A stretch of DNA of 55,967 bases from a bacterium (GTDB taxonomy: Bacteria > Actinomycetota > Acidimicrobiia > Acidimicrobiales > Ilumatobacteraceae): positions 1 through 55,967 of the forward strand of contig JBAXNF010000001.1 of assembly GCA_037133935.1 (NCBI GenBank), read 5' to 3'. The position numbers and the translations under genes are program-made. A model generated the notes under the pieces. That model made no database searches, was not told where the DNA came from, and worked only from the letters and a program-made list of their open reading frames with translations. Shown piece after piece: positions 16,851-29,300 of the stretch (position 1 is its first letter; the number at the start of each line of letters is the position of its first letter).

Positions 16851-18125
16851 TTAAAGGGTTTTGCTGGCGATGCAGGCGCCCAAGGTCACACCAGAGGTCA
16901 GACCGATTGTGAAGTGGATTCCGCCATACAGGCGCGAGATGCTCGCCTCTTTTGCAGCTTCGTTGAGCGACGCAAAAGTGCGGGGAGTTACTTCAAACTT
17001 TGCACGCGATTCTTGCGTGAGGCCGTAGCCCGGATCGGTAAATTTCCACTCTCCGAAATAGGAAGTTAAAACATCGGCAGCAGTTTTTGAAATGGTCGAA
17101 TGCCCCGATGGGTATTCCGGAAACGCAGGTGTTGGTAAGTACGACGACCACTGGGCGTCGCTACGTTGCAGCACCGTGATGGGTCGTTCCACCATGTATT
17201 TATATTTTTGGCCAAAGTTCACAATGAATGCATCGGATACCGCCATCGACATGTGGGCAACTACACGGATCAGTTTGACCGCGTCGATATTTTTTTCTAA
17301 GCCTGCGGCAAGTGCAATTTCCAACCAGTGCCCCGAAGGAGTGCCTGTGCGACCGCGACTATCGTCCCAGAAGCGAGCAATACTTTTTTGTTCTTCGGTG
17401 AGATTCTTTGCCACAGTAGCGACTTCTTCTGCAGCATCTTGGAAAGGTGACGATGTGTCTCCCGAAGTTGGAGGAACTGGAAGAGAACATTTTTTTGTGT
17501 CGACAAAAAATGATGTGAGTGTTCCCCAGCCTGGGTCAATAGCTGGCTGATATCCAGGTTGTGTAGGAACCCAGATGCCAGGACCCTTCACATCGGGTGC
17601 CATTATTTTTTTTGATTCTTCAAACCCATCGGTGTTCGTTCGTGCAACCACAGCTTCGGCGATGCTGATGCCGTAACTAATTGATTCATATTCAGCAGTG
17701 GCTGACAAGTTGACTGCGGCCATACGCAAAATACGATCGCGAAATTCACCGAATGTTGTACGTGCGGCAGCGACTAAGAAAATATTTCGAGCAACCGATG
17801 TTCCAGCAGCCAATGCAGCAACTACTAGGTCAATGTTTTCTGCACGTGCTGGCAACTCAGGCACACTGCTGAGTTTCTTAAACAACGAGTCATCACTTGG
17901 TGCCGATGCCAAAAACATTGCATAAGCAACGTTTGCATACAAGCGACTTGCTTTGGTTGGTGCCACGCGATCGCGAGCGACACGAACTGTAAGTTCTGTG
18001 AGAAATTCGCCAACCAACGCATTTGATGCGGCATTACTTGCCTTCGGTTGCGTTGAAGCGCTTGCCGCATGAGTTACAACAATTGAAGATAATAACGTGA
18101 GGATAACAATAAGTTTTTTCAGCAT
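16851..18125 (-). CDS. Secreted PAP2-superfamily / vanadium-dependent haloperoxidase-like protein
   Basis: Signal peptide MLKKLIVILTLLSSIVVTHAASA. It has the complete KxxxxxxRP (K307-P315), PSGH (339-342) and SRxxxxxH (397-404) motif set. Its start overlaps the upstream stop (ATGCTGA, 18119-18125). Confidence 0.75.
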   Translation of the reverse strand: MLKKLIVILTLLSSIVVTHAASASTQPKASNAASNALVGEFLTELTVRVARDRVAPTKASRLYANVAYAMFLASAPSDDSLFKKLSSVPELPARAENIDLVVAALAAGTSVARNIFLVAAARTTFGEFRDRILRMAAVNLSATAEYESISYGISIAEAVVARTNTDGFEESKKIMAPDVKGPGIWVPTQPGYQPAIDPGWGTLTSFFVDTKKCSLPVPPTSGDTSSPFQDAAEEVATVAKNLTEEQKSIARFWDDSRGRTGTPSGHWLEIALAAGLEKNIDAVKLIRVVAHMSMAVSDAFIVNFGQKYKYMVERPITVLQRSDAQWSSYLPTPAFPEYPSGHSTISKTAADVLTSYFGEWKFTDPGYGLTQESRAKFEVTPRTFASLNEAAKEASISRLYGGIHFTIGLTSGVTLGACIASKTL

Positions 18126-18631
18126 GACGGTGAAGCTACTTTCCCGTCAGGCAACTCTGTCTTACACAAAAGGGCCTGTTCAAATGAAGGGGCGTTCAAC
18201 GCGCCAGTGAAGATTGCATCGGTCAAGTAAGCCCGGCTGAAATTTGCATCCGCAATATTTGCCTCGCGAAAGTCTGCCCCAGTGAGCAATGCACCCGAAA
18301 AGTTTGCACCTTGCGCATTGGCCGAGGAAAGCGAGATGCGCACCAAAGTAGAACCCGTGAGATCTGCGCCCGTGAGATCGGCGCCCACAAGATTCGCCTG
18401 AGTTAAATCTGCCCCTACAAATGTGGTGTCCGACAAATTGGCATTACGTAGATCAATTCCGACCATTGTCATTCCTGATAAGTCTTGGCCACTGAGATCT
18501 GCACCAATGCACTCTGCTTCATTCTTTAAGGAGCACTGGCTGCCGACCGATGTGGATGACGAAGTACTACTGCCACCACAACCAGACAATGCGGCACAAG
18601 TCGCCAGTAATAACCACCAATATTTTTTCAT
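18119..18631 (-). CDS. Pentapeptide-repeat lipoprotein
   Basis: Lipobox ALSGC-GGSSTSS, then a continuous A(D/N)LxX run (GADLSGQDLSGMTMVGIDLRNANLSDTTFVGADLTQANLVGADLTGADLTG...). ATGA overlap with the upstream gene at 18628-18631. Confidence 0.85.
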   Translation of the reverse strand: MKKYWWLLLATCAALSGCGGSSTSSSTSVGSQCSLKNEAECIGADLSGQDLSGMTMVGIDLRNANLSDTTFVGADLTQANLVGADLTGADLTGSTLVRISLSSANAQGANFSGALLTGADFREANIADANFSRAYLTDAIFTGALNAPSFEQALLCKTELPDGKVASPSC

Positions 18632-20382
18632 TCTGGCTCAATAACATCTATTACTTGTTGCGGCTTGACATTGTTCAGAACCATTTCTTTGCCCGATAAA
18701 GGGAATGTCACTTTTACTTCATAAATATTTTTGGTGAGCTTCCCCAACCCAAAATGTGTCACACGACCATCATGAGTGAGAAATGAACCCGATGTTCCCA
18801 CATGGGCCAACTGTGGTTCTTCACCTTCAACAGACGTAACAGAAACAAGTGCACCCAACCCATCACGATTCGTCGTGACTCCCTGCACTTTGACACCCAG
18901 CCAAGCACCCACCGATGGAGTTTCGTTATGGAGAAATAGTGGCTTGTTCGCATCACGGGTAACAAACATGTCTTGTCGACCATCGTTGTCGGCGTCGAAC
19001 ACCACAACACCTTTTGAAGGTGTATTGATGTCTATGCCAGCTGCAATTGATTTTTCGGTGAATGCTCCGTTGCCGTTATCGACCCAAAAGCGAAATGGGT
19101 CAGAGGCGTAACACGCTGACGGCGGCATCCAAGTAATGTCCATTCCGTTTGCTGAAGCAATTTCTTTTTTTGCAGCATTTGTGGAGTCGAGAAAACTCAC
19201 CCCCCATCCCCAGAATCCGTTACGCACTCCAGCTTTGTCGGTGATGTCACTGAAAACTCTTTTACCGACATATTCGAAAAGTCTGTTTCCAGTCAAGATC
19301 AAATCTGATTCGTCATCACAATCAACTTTCGCACGTATGGAGGTCACCATCATTACTTGCTTCTGAGGATTACCAAGGAAACCGACAGCCAAGCCCATTC
19401 CGTTTTCTTCTTTGCCTAATTCCGCATCCACTGTGCCATTGGTGAAAGTACCGTCGCCGTTATTCCAGTAAAAACGCGTGGTGTTGAAGTCGGATGCAAT
19501 CATCAAATCAAGGTTGCCATCACCGTCAAAATCGGTAAAGCTCGAACTAAATGAGTACACCAGGTCAACTCGTGACTCAAGTTCAACACCTGCTTCTTTC
19601 GTGACATCAACGAAAACACCCGGTTTACCGGAGGCCCCCAGATTTTTAAATAAACGAGAATGAGACGGTATTACATACACCGATACATCGGCTGGTTGCC
19701 ACTCATTGGTGTGCATGTCGATCCAACCATCGTTGTTGTAGTCGCCAAAACTCACACCCATTCCTGAATGAGGGCGACCATTAATCATTGCTACACCGCG
19801 ATCAACTGCTTCTTCTGTGAACTTTCCTGTTCCGTCATTAATGAACATATATAACTGTTTTCCACCAAGTGAGGTAAGTACAACATCTTGATCGCCATCG
19901 TTGTCAATGTCGGCATAGCCAACACCGTTTGTAGATGAGGGCACCTTTTCGAATGCGGATCCCTTTGTGGCATCAACAAACGACACTTGGTCTTTTGTAC
20001 TGGTGTTGAGATACAGCAGTGGCGAGTTATAAATACGTGTCATCACGATGTCATCGAGCCCATCACCATTAACATCAACAGCTGCCGCTCCACCCGAAGA
20101 ACGCTCGGGATCACATTGCCTTGCAACATCTTTCGACACTGCAGGTGGAGTGACCTTAGGGAACTGGGCAACGATGAGCTTGGGGTCAAAAAGGCAATTC
20201 GGTTCCTTGATGCGTTGACCTTGAGCAATGGAAAAGCCAACTTGTTTCGACATCTCTACAAACTTTGGCAAGGCGTCTGGCACTGCACCGGTGCCGCCAC
20301 TACCTCCACACGAAAATGCGACAGATGCTAGCAACAATGTTGCTAGCACCTGACCACATCTTTTAAAGATGAGGGGACTCAT
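18628..20382 (-). CDS. FG-GAP/VCBS-repeat lipoprotein with a C-terminal ASPIC/UnbV-like region (CRTAC1-family-like)
   Basis: Lipobox VAFSC-GGSGG. Repeated Ca-binding-type loops: VDVNGDGLDDIV, DIDNDGDQDVV, DYNNDGWIDM, DFDGDGNLDL, FDADNDGRQDMF. C-terminal NRDGLGALVSV...GSFLTHDGRVTHFGLG. ATGA overlap with the giant gene's stop at 20379-20382. Confidence 0.8.
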   Translation of the reverse strand: MSPLIFKRCGQVLATLLLASVAFSCGGSGGTGAVPDALPKFVEMSKQVGFSIAQGQRIKEPNCLFDPKLIVAQFPKVTPPAVSKDVARQCDPERSSGGAAAVDVNGDGLDDIVMTRIYNSPLLYLNTSTKDQVSFVDATKGSAFEKVPSSTNGVGYADIDNDGDQDVVLTSLGGKQLYMFINDGTGKFTEEAVDRGVAMINGRPHSGMGVSFGDYNNDGWIDMHTNEWQPADVSVYVIPSHSRLFKNLGASGKPGVFVDVTKEAGVELESRVDLVYSFSSSFTDFDGDGNLDLMIASDFNTTRFYWNNGDGTFTNGTVDAELGKEENGMGLAVGFLGNPQKQVMMVTSIRAKVDCDDESDLILTGNRLFEYVGKRVFSDITDKAGVRNGFWGWGVSFLDSTNAAKKEIASANGMDITWMPPSACYASDPFRFWVDNGNGAFTEKSIAAGIDINTPSKGVVVFDADNDGRQDMFVTRDANKPLFLHNETPSVGAWLGVKVQGVTTNRDGLGALVSVTSVEGEEPQLAHVGTSGSFLTHDGRVTHFGLGKLTKNIYEVKVTFPLSGKEMVLNNVKPQQVIDVIEPE

Positions 20383-23300
20383 CGAATATTAAATCCGTAG
20401 CCCCACAGGTTGATCCATACGTTTCCTGGGTTGGTATTGAAGCCCATGCCCGCATTGATTGCGCGGCCCCAACCACCCCAACCACAACGGAAGTAACGGT
20501 CCCAACGGCCACCACCCCACCAGCACTCTGGCCAACTCCAGTCCATCCATGCAGATCCACCGATGTAGATGGAAATATATGGAGCCCAACTGGTGATAGT
20601 GATATATGAAGCGAAGTAAGTACCGAAGCTCAACTGTACGAAACCGGCGTTGATATAAGTACCCCAGCTCCATGGTCCGGCTGAGGCGGTGAACTGGAAT
20701 GAACCATCACCGTTGATGTAGCCGTACATACGGAACCAGACGCCTGCGAAGTTCAGCCACGCATCGATGATGAAGTAACTGTTGCCGCGGTAACGCTGAC
20801 CGTTATACCAGGCAACGTTGCCTACCTTGACCCAACCGCCGGTGCTGACACCTGGGAAGTTTACTCCAACATAAATTGATGTGTCGAAGGTGCCATCGGC
20901 ACCCACCCACATTGCACCGCCACCTCTAATGCCAGCAATGTCGATAGACACATCGGCGTACACACCAGCTTGACCTGGCTCGTTCGAGATCCGGAAGTTT
21001 CCGCGGCCACCGCCAATACCTGCAGCGCGTAGGTCTGCAGAACCAGTCATTGTGAAGCGAGTAGTTGATCCGTTCTTGTAGAAGTTACCGTTGAAACCTA
21101 CGCTTACGGCACCCATAACATTGATGGTGGAGCTCATGGCGAATTGCCATGTGTTGCCATTCTTCGAACCACTTACGCTGACCGCTGCGTTGAACGCAAC
21201 AAGGTTGAGGTTTCCGGATCCAGCGAAGGAGAAGTTGCCAGAGGTATCGAATGATCCACTGACGTAGACCTGCCCACCAACATCACCAGCACCAATTGAC
21301 CAGTTGGCATTGAAGTCGCCATACACAAGATTTTGTGCACGACCAATGACAACGTTTCCTGAACCGGGGAAACCTCCAAGGCTCATGGGAATGTTGGTTG
21401 CAGCGATGCGGAAGTCACCAGCTGCTGCCGCAACGTTTTGACCCGCACGGTTCAGGATGTTGACTCCAGAGCCGGCCTGCCATACGAACTGACCGCTGAC
21501 TTGTGCCGAGAACACGCCACCAACAGATGCTGTCGCCGTAATAGACACTTGGTTACCATTGAGGAAGCCCGATGCCGTGCCCAAGTTGTAGCCAGCCATT
21601 GCGGCAGAGGCACTGAAGTTGATAGTTGGCGTATTTCCCTTTGTATACGCGATGTCAAATTTACCGTTCAAAGTAACGACACCAGCAATGGTGCGTTGCA
21701 GTTGAAGGCTCGCGTTGAGGGACTGCAATTGGTAGTTCGACATTTGCATATTCAATGCAACTGTTGCGTCGGTACCAAGAACATTGAAACTGCCGCCAGC
21801 GACGATATTTGCATATCCCCTCAATGGCTTCAGGTTCAATGTCACTGTTGCATTACGTACTTCCAGGAATGACGGGACAATGACGAGGTTCGCAATAGAA
21901 CCCGTCATGTCGAGGTAAGGCCCGTCGGTGGTGTTAGCACCAGCCTTACCGCTCACCGAAACTTTCGTAGAGCCAATAGTGACGCCACCAGCAAACGAGA
22001 TGTAGTTATCGGTAGGTGAAACTTTCACACCCATCCGAGTTTCGTCAAGTTTCACTGGACCAACGTTGAAGGCTCCAATAGCCATGTCGGCTTCAAGCGA
22101 GAACGGGCTCGTGCCAATTTTCGCATTCACCGTCACGTTGGTGCCGAAAACTGTTCCTACGAAACCAGCTGCAACACCTGGGGCATACACCACGTTTCCA
22201 ATGGTGCAACCAAATGGCGCAATAGTGATGTTCATGTAAGTAGAGGTCAGAGCACCACCAGCAATGCTTGCAACCTTTGCAGAACCTGCAGCAATGGTTG
22301 TCTTATCTGCTTGCAACGTGCCGGCTTGCAACGAGAAGCACGGCTGAGTGATATCGATGTTTGCAGCCAAACGTACGGCTACTCCCGCTTCCATACCCAA
22401 TGGTGATCTCCAACTAGCTGGCAAGATTGCTGTTGCAGCAATACCCAAACTTGGCAGTGGCATTGGCGCGGTCAGAGTAATACCCATTTGAATTGCGGCT
22501 TCACTAAGCGTGAGGTCGTTTACTCCAAATGCGTTCTTCCATATGAATGGCCCGCCTGTTGCCTTATCTTTTCCAAGACTCAAGCTGAGGCTGATGCGGG
22601 TTGGCGCAACTGTTCCGCGAATTTCTAGTGGAACAGGAGTTTCATTAGACGCACCAGTCAACATTTCTGTTTGACCAATCAAGCTCATTGAAGGCGAAGG
22701 AGATCCACTTACTTCAAAACCAAGAGCTGTGAAGCGCATGGAGGATCCACCCGACTTGTACATGTACCAGTTGTCTGGAGTTGGCAACATGATTTGAATG
22801 GTTGGCAACTTGCCACCCGCTAGGTCTTTGAGCGGAATAGTGATGGGCACATTGGTCAAGTTCGGTTGCTTCAACATCTCGCGCAACCAACTTGGAACAT
22901 TGAAACTAGCAATGAGTACTGGTGTTGCCTTAACGATATTGAGCTTCCCTAAATCTTCAGCTCCCGCCAAGACAACGCCCGTTGCATCGTACGACGACAA
23001 TGCGAAGGAAGCATTCGACAACGTCATCCCCGGTACGGGAGTCCAATCTTTCATTCCTGCCGTAATGAGAACACCCTTCGAGCTAAACGTAGCGCCCATG
23101 CTCAAGGTAGTTCCCAGCAAATTGGAACTGCCCGACACCCCAGCTGTTACACCACCGGCTTTCGTATAAGCAAGCGAGAAACCTGGCTTAGTAATGGTGA
23201 CACCAGACGCAATGTTGATATCTGCAGTGAAGGTTGCGCTCAGGGTTGCTTCGCCCTTGTTGAAACTGCCCTTCACTTCAGTTGGCCCCGTGAATCCGTT

Positions 23301-26300
23301 TCCAAGATCAACAAAGAGTTTCCCTTGCGCTCCAAAACCAATGTCACAAGGTGTGCCAATGTTGCAGGTCGCGTTAATGAGAACACCTGGTTCAGTGATT
23401 TTCAGGCCAGGGAACGGCACATAGTCAGTGCTGGACTTAAAGCCAATACTCATTGTTTTTACATTGTCCTTGCGGACCACGGTTCCCGTCACACCCTTCA
23501 ACGGAATGGAGAAGCCACTAAATGGCGTCCATGATGCCGTTGAGTTTTCAGGTGTTGCAACCACAAATTCGTAATTCGTTGCACTTGTGTAGTTAAAGGT
23601 AAATGGCATCAGTAGTGCACCAGTATCGGTAGCTACCGACAGTTGCCCACTACCCTTCACCGGAGCAGTCGTTGTACCACCCATGCGGATATCTAAACGA
23701 TCAATCATGACGCCCTTGATTACCTCAACAGGCGAGATGACTTTTGCAACAAGGGCATACTCCCAAGGCTTTGAACTTGCAGGCCGTGAAATGGATCCGT
23801 CTATCTCAACTTTGTCTGTCTTAAATGCTGCCGTCATGCTCAATGCACCCGTGGCAAAGGTCCATGAACCAGAAATAGACACGGGTCCAAATGTTGCAGT
23901 GCCCGTTACTTCTTTGATCATCTCTGGCATCGGAAGTGAGAAGCTCAGACGTGGCACGTTGAGTCCAAGATTAATTGAAGGCAAGTTGAGGTTCGGCAAA
24001 CTTGGCGACCAGTTAATGGAAGGGATGCTGATTGATGGAGCCTTCAACATCCAAGCAAACTTGCCAATATCGAAGTCGTAGTCAAAGCCTGGCAATTTGA
24101 ACTTCGGAAATACACATTCCATCAAAACACCAGCACCGAAGGTCACTTCGCAAGTTGTTTTTGTACCAAACAGTTCTACTGTTCCCGACAATTTCGCCGT
24201 GACAGAAGGTTGAGCTGTCTTTGTTGGTGTTGTAGCTGCAGATGTTCCGGTTGCAGGTGCTTTCACTGCAGGAGGAACCGTGAGCACGATTGTTGGTGAT
24301 GTCAACTTGACATCTGCCGAGAAGACCATGTCTGAGAACTTCGCAGTGAAGACGAAAACACCGGCGCTGTCGAGGTTTGCTTCAACTGCAATACTGCTCA
24401 ATGAGTCGATACCAATATCGAACCCGAGAGTTCCTTTCACGTTGAATGTCGTTATGCACTTGGCACCTGTTGCACAATTAAATGCAGCGTTCGCAGTCAC
24501 TTTTTGTATGGTGATTCCAGATACTGGCTTCCAAACAACTGCCGACGACATATCCATCAGCAAACTGGTTCCCGTTGCATTACGAGTGAAAGAACCATTG
24601 ATTTCGCCAAGAACGAGCGGGTCACCACCACCCACTTCAAACGATGAACTGGTTGCCCCAACCGACAGCGTCACCGCATAGTCAGTTGAAGATTTGATAG
24701 CAAAAGTTCCCTTGACCGTGAGCACGGTTCCACCTGGAACGGTGATGCCTACAGCTCCGCTTCCACTAAGTGATGCCTTGCCACCGGGAACTGTGTTTCC
24801 AAAAGTGAACGCGAAGTCTGAGAGTTGAACAACACTATTCAGCTCAATTGGACGCTTTACTTTTCCAGTGAGATTGTACAAATAGCTCTTTGAAAGATCG
24901 GTCTTATCGCCACCAGCTTTATTACTGATGGTTCCGCTCAATTCAAAGACAGGGTCAGAGAACAACGCAGCAAGAGAGAACTCGCCACTTGAGAAGTTCA
25001 CTTCACCTTGAACAGCCAAGTCACTCACTTCTCCACTAGCGCCCGTGAACTCTTTCAACGCAGATGGCATCGCTATTGCAACTATTAAGCGAGGCACTTT
25101 GGCCGAAAGTGGCACCGACTTGAAGGTAGGCAACGAAGGCACCTTTGGCGTGAAGCTAGAGAGATCACGTAATGACCACACAAGTTGACCTGCTTTTAAG
25201 ACAGGCCCATCGGCACCAAAAGCTGCCAAATCTTTTACATCAGCGCTGAGCAACACGTTTTCTTTACTAAACGCTGCAGAGGCACTTACTTTTGTACCAA
25301 ATACGTTCATCGAGCCCGTCATGGTGATGGACGTTGTTTGGTCTGCGGCACCCACCTTTGTGGCCTCGATGGCAAGTGAAGCTTCCGAGAGTTCTAAGCC
25401 TGCTGCTACTTCAATTGAAGCAACTTTTGCTGTGAAAGAAGCCGACTTGGCAGCCGTGTCGAAACTACCTTCAAGGCTTCCCGAACCGACTGTAGAACCT
25501 AAGGTAATTTCTGCCGTTGAACTGAGTTTCATTGCCAACGCACACGCTGCATCGGCAGCGCATTTGGCAGTGACCTCAATTGATGGCGACTTGATTTCAA
25601 GACCTGTCATTGGAGTTGAGTTACCTCCTACAACCTTGATGGCAATATCGCGTGCACCATTTACATTTGCATAAGAACCCGATGCGCTCTTCAAAGGAAT
25701 GACCACATCTTTTGCTGCAGTCCATGAACTGTTAGCTGTAGTTGCCTTCACTGTCAAAGAATGATTCTTTGTATCGGTGTACGACAAGTCGGCGGTGAGT
25801 TCAAGTGCTGAAGGTGCCGTACCAATGGTGACGGTTCCCGAACCAGTAACAATTCCTTCTTCGCTACGTGATGCTGTTAATCCATTTAATACAACGCCAG
25901 TTGTCAGAGTTACTGGGCCTTCTAGCGAACCAGAGAGAGAAACCTTTGCGGCAGTTGTCGGAGAAGTCTTTGTGACCTTGCCAGCAAAGTTCACTACTGT
26001 GCCGAAGAGGTCGACGGCATCGGTCATTGAACCATCAAGAGTGAAGGTTCCATTTGAAGCGATGGCACCATAGACACGAGCCGCTGGTGTTTTACCGTTT
26101 GCTGTAGTACCTGTTGCATTTGCATCGAGCGAAACTGATTTCACACCAGCAGCATCGACGCTAAAGCGCAGTGCTGCACTTGAGGTGTAGCCCGAAGGCA
26201 ACTTCAAGAACGGCATTGCAGCAGCAACAACTTCACCTTCAAATGCGCCAACTGAAGCACCAGCACCTGTGAATGGAATGAATAGACCAACTGCATCGGT

Positions 26301-29300
26301 TGCCGCAATAGCGAACTGTGGTGAACCCCAGTCGGCTGGGCCGGTGAATCGTGCAGTACGGATGGTGAGGCCATAACCCGATACCGAACCTGACGCATCA
26401 GAAACGGTGAGGTAGTTGCCAAGTGAGAAACCGGCACCCGAGAAGCTCACCTTTGAGCTTGCGAGACAAGTGCTTGAAGCCACAGTGAACTTCGTGAGGT
26501 CAAGTCCACCAATGCCAATGGCATCAATAATTGACTGCACACTGCTCAAAGTTTTGTTTGAAGCAGCTTCAACGAAGTTGCACAACGCAGCAGGAGCGCC
26601 ACCTGGCTTCAATTCAAGAGCAACTTCAGCAGTGGCTTTCGCACCAGTGCCGTCGGTTACTACAACTTGCAATACAGCATCGCCGAGTGCGCCAGTAGCT
26701 GCAACAGTTACTGCTGCGGCTGCGGCGTTGTTCAACGTAAGAGCCGTACCTGAAACTTGCGCCCAGGCGTAGCTCAATGTTCCGCTACCTGAACCAGCAG
26801 CTGTGAGTGTGAATGCTTGTGAGGTATCAACTACAACTGGGCCATCGATGCCAGTAATTGTTGCCGATACCACTGGGGCTCCACCTGAACCAATAGTGAC
26901 CGTAATGAAGTCTGTTGACTTCACACCACGTGAGTCGGTTGCTTCAACACGTAATGAAACGGTGACGTTCGCGGCGGGTGCAGTGAAGCTCAAGGTTGCA
27001 GCGTTTGTAGTTGCCGAAGCAATGACCGATGGTGTAGGGCCTGAAGCCTGTGACCATGCGTAAGTGATTGCACCAACACCTGTAGCTGAAGCCGTGAGTG
27101 AAACTGCTGCACTTTGTGCAACGGTGACTGACTTCGCGCCAAAGACGTTGCCGTTTACTGTTACACCAGTAGCGGTGAGTGGGCTATACGTTGCATCGCC
27201 AGTTCCAGTTGTTGGAGCAGTTGCACGAATAACTCCACGTGAAGAAACACTCTGCTGTGGAACACGGCGCAAAACGGATGAACCAGCACCGCTTGAAGTT
27301 TTGCCGGTTGGGCCTTCAACGGTTGGCAGAGGAATAACTACGACAGAAGCACGAGCTGTTGATGAAGAACCAGCTTCAGTTGCCTTCACTTCAAACAAGA
27401 GTGTGGTGTCTGCAGTTACAACAGGAGCCGAGAACGTTGCAGATGGGCCATTAGAAGCCTTGTTGTCTGCCCATTTCACAGCTGGAGTCACAGACTTACA
27501 TTCTCCACCAGAAGCTTTTACATCGGCTTCAGTAGTGCAGAGTTGCTTCCACACGTAAGCAGCTCCATCGCCATTGCCTTCAGTTGTAAGTAGAACGGTA
27601 GAAGCAACACGATTGCCAATTGCATCAACAATTTGATCAACTACAGAATCTGGGCCTTTAACGGTGAACGCCAGCGCTGGGCGCAGATCTACCGAAAGGT
27701 TTGAACCGCGGCCGGCAGCAATATTGCGTGAGGTGCCATAAAGTGAAGCAGCCTGCAAGTTGAGAGTCTTTGAAGACTTACTTGTTGATTCGTAGCTCAA
27801 GCTCAATGCTGGCGTTTCTGCACCAGCCTTCAATGCTGGAGTGCGCGAGCAAATGGTGAAACCAGAAGCAAGCGCCGTACCCAATCGAGCGCACTTCCAT
27901 GACTCACCCTTGACACCAGTGATGCGGCCATCTTTGATACCAGGCACAACAACAAATTGAGCTTTTGCATCGGTGTCACCACTGTTGCGCAGACTCAAAG
28001 TTGCCACTGCGGAACCACCCGGACGAGGGCCAGCTGGAGCCAAGAACGATGGAACCAAATCGGTTGTATCTTCGGAAATTGCAACGGTCATGCCAAAACG
28101 AGCTATTGGCGCTGCAGGAATGCCGAGCATCGTTACATACACAGGCCATTCAGGTTTTCCTACTTTTGCAGAATTAGCCATTTTGACTGTGAGGTTCAAC
28201 ACTGGAGTTGACTTGTCGGGCGCAATTGCAGAAGCGAGTTTAATTTCGCAACGCACAGCGGGGCCAGCCTTCTTTGTTGCCACAGTTGTTACAGGAGCAA
28301 CCGAAGATGCTGTTTCAGCCTTTGCTGCATCGAGCGGTGAAGCGATTTGAGGAATATTTCCGGTTCCTGTTACACAGACCCACTTCCCTGCAGCCGATGT
28401 ATTAATTTTCTGGCTGTCGAGTGATGCCGAGTAACCAGCCGATTTGCCAAAAGCTGGTCCGCTGAAAATTGCAGTGTCGTCGACAAACTGCTCAAACCGT
28501 ACGATCTCACCAGCAGCTAGCGCCTTGCTTCCCAAGTTTTTTGTACTGAATGAATAATTCTGGCTTTGCCCAATACGGATCTTTGTTGCAGATCCATCGG
28601 ATACAACTTTCAATGCACCCTTTTCATCGGAACGGCTCAGTTCAACACCTGGCATCGGAGCCGCTTGAGGCTGAATGACCAAGGTGTGTGCGACGCGGTT
28701 TGCATCTTTGTACTTTTCAGCTTCATTATCTGCAGAAATTGCAGCAATGACTTGTGCCGTACCTGATTCAGTGTCTTCGGTTGCACCAATGGTAAACCCA
28801 ACCGTTTCCGGTGTTTCAGATTCAATTTCTGGCTTCACACAATCTTGCGCAGTTGCGCCTTCACCAGCAGATTCTTCTGGGGTAGTTGAGGTACAGGTCC
28901 AGCCTTCAGCATCGGATGCCAAGCCTTTGAACACAAGACCTTTGCGCATGCTGAGTTTGATGTGGGCATTTTCTGCCGGGCCGTATACCGAACGCACTAA
29001 CGCATCGACTACGACCGAGCCTGGAGGAGAGATACTGCTTTCCTCATCGCGCGGAGCAAGACGAATGGTTACGTCTGGCTCTGGAACTTTACGAACGTCA
29101 ATTGACATTGTCTGGTTTGCTTCAATTGGTGTTGCATCAAGCGCAGTAGTTGAGTTTGCAGAAAGAACCCAGCTTTGTGGCTTTTCCGCAATTGGTGCGG
29201 CTTTTCCAACACGAGCATCAAAGATAATTGGATCGGTATAAGTACCGGGCTTGATATCGGCACCAGTACGGGTACACGACTTGGGTGCAGTTTCGCTATC

